In this document: positions 45,501 to 64,000 of the stretch, piece after piece
Layout: each line of letters starts with the position of its first letter
Numbering within the stretch: the stretch's first letter is position 1
Assembly (NCBI GenBank): GCA_963693365.1
Contig: CAVNZM010000016.1
Location: forward strand, 1,867,538 to 1,931,537
Reading direction: 5' to 3'
Length of the DNA: 64,000 bases
From: Amoebidium appalachense
Taxonomy: Eukaryota; Protista; Ichthyosporea
The notes under the pieces: model-generated
What the model was told of the DNA's origin: nothing
What the model saw: only the letters and a program-made list of their open reading frames with translations
The model's database searches: none
Made by a program: the position numbers and the translations under genes

Positions 45501-46087
45501 TCACCTCACATGCCATGGAGCAGTACTGCCAGTCCAAGGGCATCATTCAGGAATTTGCCCCGGTTGACTGTCCCCTCAACGGCTTCGTTGAACGTAAGAT
45601 GAGGGATCTGCAAGAGATCGTTCGGTGCTTCCTTCACCAGGACAAGGACGACTCCTTTTTCCCCAAGCTGTGGGGAGCTGCTCTCAAGCATGCTGCCTAC
45701 ATCATCAACGTGACCCCGGCCAGAGCTGCCAATGGCCGTACACCGTTTGAAATTTTCTACAGTGTCAAGCCTGACATCTTCCACCTGCACGTGTTCGGCT
45801 GCCCAGCCTATGTACACGTCCCTGCATCAAAACGAGACAAGTTGGCCTCTACCGTCAAACTCGGCACCTACGTGGGCTGGGATATCACCAACAAAGCTCA
45901 CAAGATCATGAATCTACGTGGCAACATGGTCAACATCTACCGCGATGTCGTCTTCGACGAATCACAATTCACCACGGCATCCAAGTCAGATTCTCAGGCT
46001 GTGCAGGCCACCAATCAGCCGACCTCAATCGATCCATCACTGCATTCCATGGATTCTCACTCCGATGACGATGAAATCCGTCGGTGA
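42557..46087 (+). mobile_element. Truncated Ty1/copia element: 5' LTR 42557-43451, PBS, gag-PR-IN; RT and 3' LTR not found
   Basis: LTR TGTTGG...CAACA followed by GGTTAAAGGCCCA. ORF 43570-45198 has CAYCHEDHHVTQC, WDSASNVHVC and LWHHRLGH. ORF 45296-46087 has RSDSGSEF, NGFVERKMR and VFGCPAYVH. Confidence 0.9.
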
Positions 46088-46134
46088 TTCTCCGTCGTTC
46101 CCCCCGTCGTGTGCCTGCCCCCGTGGCTCCACCC

Positions 46135-46168
<34 letters not shown>

Positions 46169-46218
46169 ACCGGCCAGCAACCCCTGCTGCCGGCCCCTGC
46201 CGTCATTGACCACGTACC

Positions 46219-46985
46219 TGTTGTTTTGTGTGGGTAAACGGGAAAGCAGAGAGCACAGATGGGTGTTATGTTATACACAACACAGAGACACACGGGAGAA
46301 ACACAACCGGAGAGGTGGAACGATTTCTGGAACCATAGGAAATGAATACGACTGCTTGAGATTTATTTCAAGATGAAGTCCCTTTTATACTTGGGAATGT
46401 GAAATCGATAAACCAATCAAAAGAACGAAAACTCTATTTTCCAATCAGAAAGACGAAAACTATGAGTGTAAAATATATCGATTGAAATGTCTGTCGACAC
46501 ATAGAAGATAAAACGCAATCCTCTAATGAAAGAAATCTTCTAATAAAAGCACGGAAACATTTAACAAAATGAAACCACTTACTATGTAACTATTAGTTCA
46601 CATCATACATTTATACATGTTCTTAACATAACACGTCTAAATATAAGTATTCCTAATAGTTGGGGAACATAGAGCAATGCTACGTCGTGAGAAAAGAAGG
46701 GAAAGGAATGGGAAAGGAATGTAAGTTACTATATTTGGGAAAATACAATCGAGATCTGATTGGACGACATATTTAGACATTGACACAAACGACAATACGT
46801 GTGCGCGGGCTAAATATCTCGATGTGTACACAGATCTAAGATATCGGTGTACACGGAAACAGAAAGGAAAGAAAGAAAAGGAAGAAAGGAAAAGGGAAAA
46901 GGAAACAAACTACAACAATTTGAAACTAATAAACAAATATAAAACTCAACTTCTAAGTCTTGCCGTGAATCATGGGAAGATGACA
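46219..46985 (-). mobile_element. Solo LTR related to the copia 5' LTR, in the opposite orientation
   Basis: TG...CA ends with 5-bp TSD GTACC (46214-46218, 46986-46990). Its reverse complement aligns with 42568-42600, 42741-42783 and 43400-43451. Confidence 0.8.
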
Positions 46986-47229
46986 GTACCTGGTCATAGT
47001 AACCCCGGTTCGTCCTGGGTCACCGGAGTTCCACTCGGCCCCATCCAGCCCCGTGTCATCCGACTCCCCCCTCAACACGGCACCCATCCCTGGCTTCCAG
47101 GCTCCCATCCCAGACCCCATGGAGTGTCTGTCCCAGCCACCCCCCCCCCCCGGCCCCTGAGCCCCTCCGTCCCATCCCCCGTTGTTCCTCCCGTCTCTCC
47201 TCCCGGCCTGCCACGGCTAGGTGAGCATC

Positions 47230-49329
47230 GTTCCCGGGCACTTTTCACAGTTATTTCAACTCTTCGGCTGTTTTTGGTGCTATACGGGCGTTAAAACCCC
47301 GCAAAGCATGCAGGCCGGATGCTCTTCCTCCCGTGCTTTTCAAGGTTCTTTCTCCCGTGCTTCCGCCCCGTAATCGTGCAGAGTCCCCCCCGCCCCCACC
47401 TTTCACTGTCCTTCTTTGTTAGTTTTTTTCGGCTTTTTTCGAACTCGGGTTTATTCCAAATTCGTGGATTGACACAATCGTTACGCCCGTTCGTAAGAAG
47501 GTATCGCAGGGGGTCATTAATGACTTTCGTCCCGTCACACTTACCAACGTTTTTCGTCGGCTCTTCGAGGGTTGCATGCTTCGCGCGTTTAACACCGATA
47601 TTCTATAAGAGCCATGTTCCGTCTTTCTTCCCTCCAAGGGGGCTTTCGTCATGCCTATTCGTGTTATACCCACTGGCAGCCTGTTACTCCATGAATCCAT
47701 TACTTCTGGCTCTCCGCACGTTGTCTTTATCGACCTTAAGAACGCCTACAACACCGTACCCACTGGTTTGTTATGGCATAAGCTGGCTATGCGGGGCTTA
47801 CCAGCCCGCTTTGGCCGTCTTCTGCAAGCCCTCTTCGATACCACTTGCGGACGAGCGGCGGTCAATGGAACATTAACGCCCGGTTTTTCTCGTTGTCGGG
47901 GTCTTTTCCCTCCTGAGTCCGCTGTTGTTTGACGTTTTCATCGTCGATTTAGCCTGCGCCCTCGAACCTTTTGGCCAACTGCATACTCGCCGTGTACCGG
48001 GTCTCCTTTTTGCGGACGATATTGTTCTTTGTTCCTTAACCAAAGACGTCATGCCCAAGATGCTTCGTCAGGTGGATCAATGGTGCACCGAGATCTCATG
48101 ACAGTCGGAATTGCAAAGTGTGCTACTTTTTCGAAAAACGCTTCCTTTAGATTGGCCGGTCTTCCTATTCAATCCTGTTCAGAGCACCTATGACTATTTG
48201 GGTATTCCTTTTACTGCACGGGGTATTGATTTCCGCAAGCTCCTCACGGCACGGATCGCTCGTGCGAAGGGTAAGCTTCACATCGTTTCAAATATGTTTC
48301 AACGGGAGTCTGTGATCCGTCCTGCGAACCTTCTTCTCTACTATAAAACTTTCGTAAGTTACGGCCGACTTTCCAATATGGACTTCCGCTATTGGCCTGC
48401 ACCCCACCTCGAAAGGCGGCCGTGGCGCTGAAAGAGTTCGACGATATTCAGGGTACTGCGCTGCGCACTTTGCTTCGTACTCGGTTTGTGCCTCCCTTAA
48501 TCAGTATGTTTGGATTGTCGTCTGCTGTTTGTCGTAACTATGGAGGAATTGTCTCTTCGTTTTTGTTTTCATTTAGTTAGGATACCTGATGGTCACCCTC
48601 TTTATGCTTTCTTTCCCCCCCCCTCCATCCCTCTTCCCCCCAGATTCACCAACGCCACTTCTGAATGTCCTCAGCCTACCCTCTTTCAACCTGATTCTTC
48701 CTCTCGCTGTCTCACTCCCTCTTTCTTTATATTCTCTTCCTGTTTTTTTCTGCCTTTTCGAGTTATTACCATACGCAGTATAAGTTTCTTTCTCGTTCTG
48801 ATAGAGAAATCAAAGGTAAAACTCAGTCGGCATGTTTTATGTTCCTTAGGCAACACCGTACTGATCATTATCGCTTTTTGGGAGCTTTGGCAGCCATACA
48901 TTTCTCCTGCTGTACGTATGGATACCACCCTAGTAGATAAGTCTGTATGGTGCTCTGATGTTGATATTGCCTGGGAAGTTGTGCAGTGGCGTTGTAATTC
49001 TTGTTTCCATCGCCGCTGGTGCCACTTTTGTGCTGAACTTTTTAATCGAAAGCATGTTGATAGGTGTGAGTTTTTATGTCGCGTTTTACCTCTCTCCCAG
49101 TACGGGTGTCTGCTACAGTACACTGACTGGCAATGTGAACACTTTAGACTTTTTGTTGAATTCTGTTGGTCGTCACATTGAGTATTTATATTGTTTTCAC
49201 ACAGTGTTCAGGTATGATCTCAGTATGCACTTGTTACTGGATAACTCGTGAAATTTTTATTGTCTTCTCAGTATGCCGTGCATACTTGCATATCTTTCCG
49301 TTGAATAAATTCAGTCAAAAGAAAAAAAA
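47230..49329 (+). mobile_element. Decayed, 5'-truncated non-LTR (LINE) retrotransposon
   Basis: Frameshifted RT motifs FRPVTL, QGGFR, FIDLKNAYNTV, LSPLLF, LFADD, YDYLG. C-terminal CHFC...H...C. AATAAA followed by an A-rich tail at about 49304-49329. The 5' boundary is approximate. Confidence 0.85.
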
Positions 49330-49559
49330 TACAATGGGAATCAAGGGCTGCCCAGCCGAAAATGGGGTCGCAAATTTCACTATCGTCCGCCCTGACGTGC
49401 GCCACGGACCCCCCCCCCCCCCCCCCCCCCCTTTCTCGCCCTCCCTTCCGACTACGCACAGTGCCTTCTGATTCCGACGTGCAGCCACTTAGAGTCACCC
49501 ACAAATGATCACATTGGCAAAGTTTATTGGTGAAAAAAAGGAACAACAGAGTGCTCAGT

Positions 49560-50083
<524 letters not shown>

Positions 50084-50388
50084 GCGCGCGCGCACACACA
50101 CACGCGTTGTGGAAGCGTGCACGTTTGTGATGGTTAACGTTGTATGTACGTGTATTTGTTCACTTGGAGGATGGTGGGAAGAAAGCAAGCAAACATTTAC
50201 ACTTCCAAGGCAAGTGGCCTCACAAGGTGCATTAGGTTTTTATAACTAATAAAGAACAACCACCATGAAAGAAAAGAAAGAAAGAAAACAAAAAAAAGAA
50301 AAACAAACAAGCATCTTTAAAGACTTAATAATATCTCATATGCGGACCAGCTTTTAGGATGCCTTGCTCATTCAAGTTCCGTCACCTC

Positions 50389-61515
<11,127 letters not shown>

Positions 61516-62224
61516 GTCGACCAGAAATGAGGTCAATGAAGCCTTTAGCTACCTAAAAACCTATCTGCTGCTAGCACTAGGCATGGTTAACAGACAAACG
61601 AAGAATGCTTGTGATCATGAAGGACCCGAAAAAAAAAGAAGGAAAAAAACATGCTCCCCCTCCCACATCGCCCCTTTTACCGGGGCCCACAGCCGGCCGA
61701 CAAAACAGAAGTAGAGCGAGTGTTCCATTGCGGTAGATCATGTGGCTCTTCATGTGACGTCATCAAGATGCGTTTCGAGCCAATAAAAGGCAAACACAAA
61801 CCTCGGGTGTTCTGATGTTCTGAACTTTTTGTGCTATCATAGGTTGTGGCTTTGTCGTAATTACGTTTGCGCGGGCGGATCCGTCCTTCCATGTTGATAC
61901 ACCAAGTGCATCTATCAGCATTATCATACTGTCTCCGGAGAGCCCCCTAGGTGGTCCCTCATACTAGGGAACCAATTACACAACGTCTTTCACACTACAT
62001 AACTACAAGCTAGGGTGCTAATTATTTTGGTGCGATCGGCTACTTATAAGCGAAAACACCTGAATTACCAATCCTAACTACTTGTACACACTTGGCCCAG
62101 GGACCGTCTATGTCCCTCTACGTTGATACATTGTATGCCCCTGTCAGCATATGTACACGCTTGCACGCATGAGCACACACACGCCAGCCGCTGATGCATA
62201 AACTTTTTTCTTTTCTTTTCTCAC

Positions 62225-62256
<32 letters not shown>

Positions 62257-62518
62257 TTGGGGGGGGGGGGGGGGGGGGGGGGTTCAAGGCCACAGCCGAC
62301 AGACAGGACCAGGACCTGAGTATACACAAAATGGAAAAACTGTGTTAAAACTTAGCGTTCATGGAGTGTTCAATTTTTGCTGGCATGCATGTACACCGGA
62401 TTTTCATCCGATTTATTGAAGCTGAATTTTTTGAGCAAGCGGACTAGTTCAGGAACGGTGCACATAATTTGAACTTGAAAGGCTACAGGCACTTGCCCCC
62501 CCCCCCCCCCCCCCCCCT

Positions 62519-62549
<31 letters not shown>

Positions 62550-62602
62550 AAAAAAAGGCCCTCCCTCACCCACCCACCTACCCACCCAGGAAAAAATAAA
62601 TC

Positions 62603-62648
<46 letters not shown>

Positions 62649-63060
62649 CACACACGCACACACACACACACACACACAGGGGGAGAAGCTCGCAAGCTCG
62701 AGAGAGAGAGCGCCTCAGAGTGTGTGTGATTGTGTGTGTCTGTGTGTGTCTGTGTGTGTCTAGTGTGTGTGTGTGTGTCTGTAATTGTGTGTGCATAGAC
62801 AGACACGGCGTGCACACACACACGTTCGCAATTATAATGTCGCCAGACAAAGTATTCCATAAAGCAACGTGGTGTATTTTAACCGGGAATTGATGTGCTG
62901 ATTATTAATATCACGTATGTGAACTGTGCACGTGACGAGGTGCCTGCCCCAAGGCAAACAGTAGTTCCACCCAACTAAGGTACAGATGTGGATTCAATGA
63001 TGCCGACATTAATAGACATGGACCCAACTACTGGCATTTGCAGATGTATCCTGCATGCAA

Positions 63061-63390
63061 AAAGCAGTTTTATTAAGAAAACTTTCTACTGGAAGCAGAA
63101 TTATTCTGCTATAAGCAGAAGTATTCTGCAAAGGCAGAATTGTTGTGCTTGGAGCAAGAGTTTATTCTGCTGCCGTGAACTGAATGAAATCTGCTTTTAG
63201 CCGAATTTCAAAAAGTAAAGCTGCTTTTCAAAATCAGGGCAGAACAATTTTGCTTCAGCGGAATATATTCGCTCAAAGCAGAATAATTCCGTCAACGCTA
63301 TCTATTAGTAAAGGCAGAAAAATCTAATAGGACAGACTGATTCTGCTTTTTGCAAGATAATATTACCTCAGGGCAAGTTGATTCTGCTGG
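63061..63390. repeat. Array of degenerate palindromes (A/G)GCAGAA-N-TATTCTGC(T)
   Basis: For example AGCAGAATTATTCTGCT, AGCAGAAGTATTCTGC, GGCAGAACAATTTTGCT and AGCAGAATAATTCCG, at about 20-nt spacing in places. Confidence 0.7.
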
Positions 63391-64000
63391 TGTGGTCGGG
63401 GCCTTTACATCATACATGGAGATCTACCCCCCCCTCCCCCGCGCGACAGTGACATCAATAGTGAGCGAAGTACATCCCGCGCCTGTAGCAACACTCTGCC
63501 TCCCACTATATTTGTTCGTGTCAAATTTGTCACAGGACAACTGGACATGATTCTCGGGACAGGGCATACACACACACCGTCACTAGTTTTGTTGACAATC
63601 ATATATACATACATATAAATCATTTATATTACTCGATAACTTATCATAAAGCACTGAGCCTCCTGCTCAAGTTATATAAACCGTTTATGTACTATGGTTT
63701 AAAGAGTACATGTCCAATATGTATACCTTTAACCAAGCCATATAAACGTTATTATGTATTTAAGGTGACACGTGCTGTTATATCCCATCCACACACAATG
63801 ACCTTAGTGATATCCATAAAAGTTTTACATATTTATTTATTTTTAGTTCAGTTATACCAGCGACTTTATAAAATTACTCAATTAATACTGCTACGATATG
63901 AAGAAACGTGTCTAAAATTTTTTCACGAGAACCTCTGTAATGCTATTATTGCTGGTATTCAGTTGCACGTGCCTTTTCTTGGTATATTAACTCTGCTTAT

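Noticed and set aside
42557-46985. DIRS-like element with inverted LTRs
   Set aside because: The interior is copia gag-PR-IN with no tyrosine recombinase, and the second LTR has its own 5-bp TSD.
62370-62490. Possible terminal exon on the minus strand (…VPELVRLLKKFSFNKSDENPVYMHASKN*)
   Set aside because: No recognisable homology and no linkable upstream exon.

Overview
Intron-rich eukaryotic genomic DNA; the lineage cannot be determined from the sequence alone. Introns and old intergenic DNA are saturated with poly-G/poly-C runs and (TG)n/(CA)n/(GA)n microsatellites, so most ORFs in the track are low-complexity artefacts. Genes reconstructed by hand: NOP16 (4 exons), intronless SERP1/RAMP4, a decayed EGF/PAN extracellular-protein gene, a 294-aa disordered orphan ORF, a TRAF-type zinc-finger/coiled-coil gene, and a 10-exon fusion of S4 + apparently catalytically dead RluA-like pseudouridine synthase + HemK/PrmC methyltransferase. 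A nested transposon island at about 31.3-49.3 kb holds a tandem 3-LTR copia-type TRIM inside a CACTA-like fragment, a young chromodomain Ty3/gypsy element, a truncated copia element, a related solo LTR and a decayed LINE. Several MITEs and a piggyBac-like element lie elsewhere. The main candidates for novelty are (1) a dispersed, 5'-truncated, apparently non-coding retroposon-like family ending in poly(C), with compensated pseudoknot-like pairing, (2) the gypsy element, whose PBS is complementary to a tRNA 5' end and whose Gag ORF has a signal-peptide/TM-like extension, and (3) the pseudo-RluA-HemK fusion.
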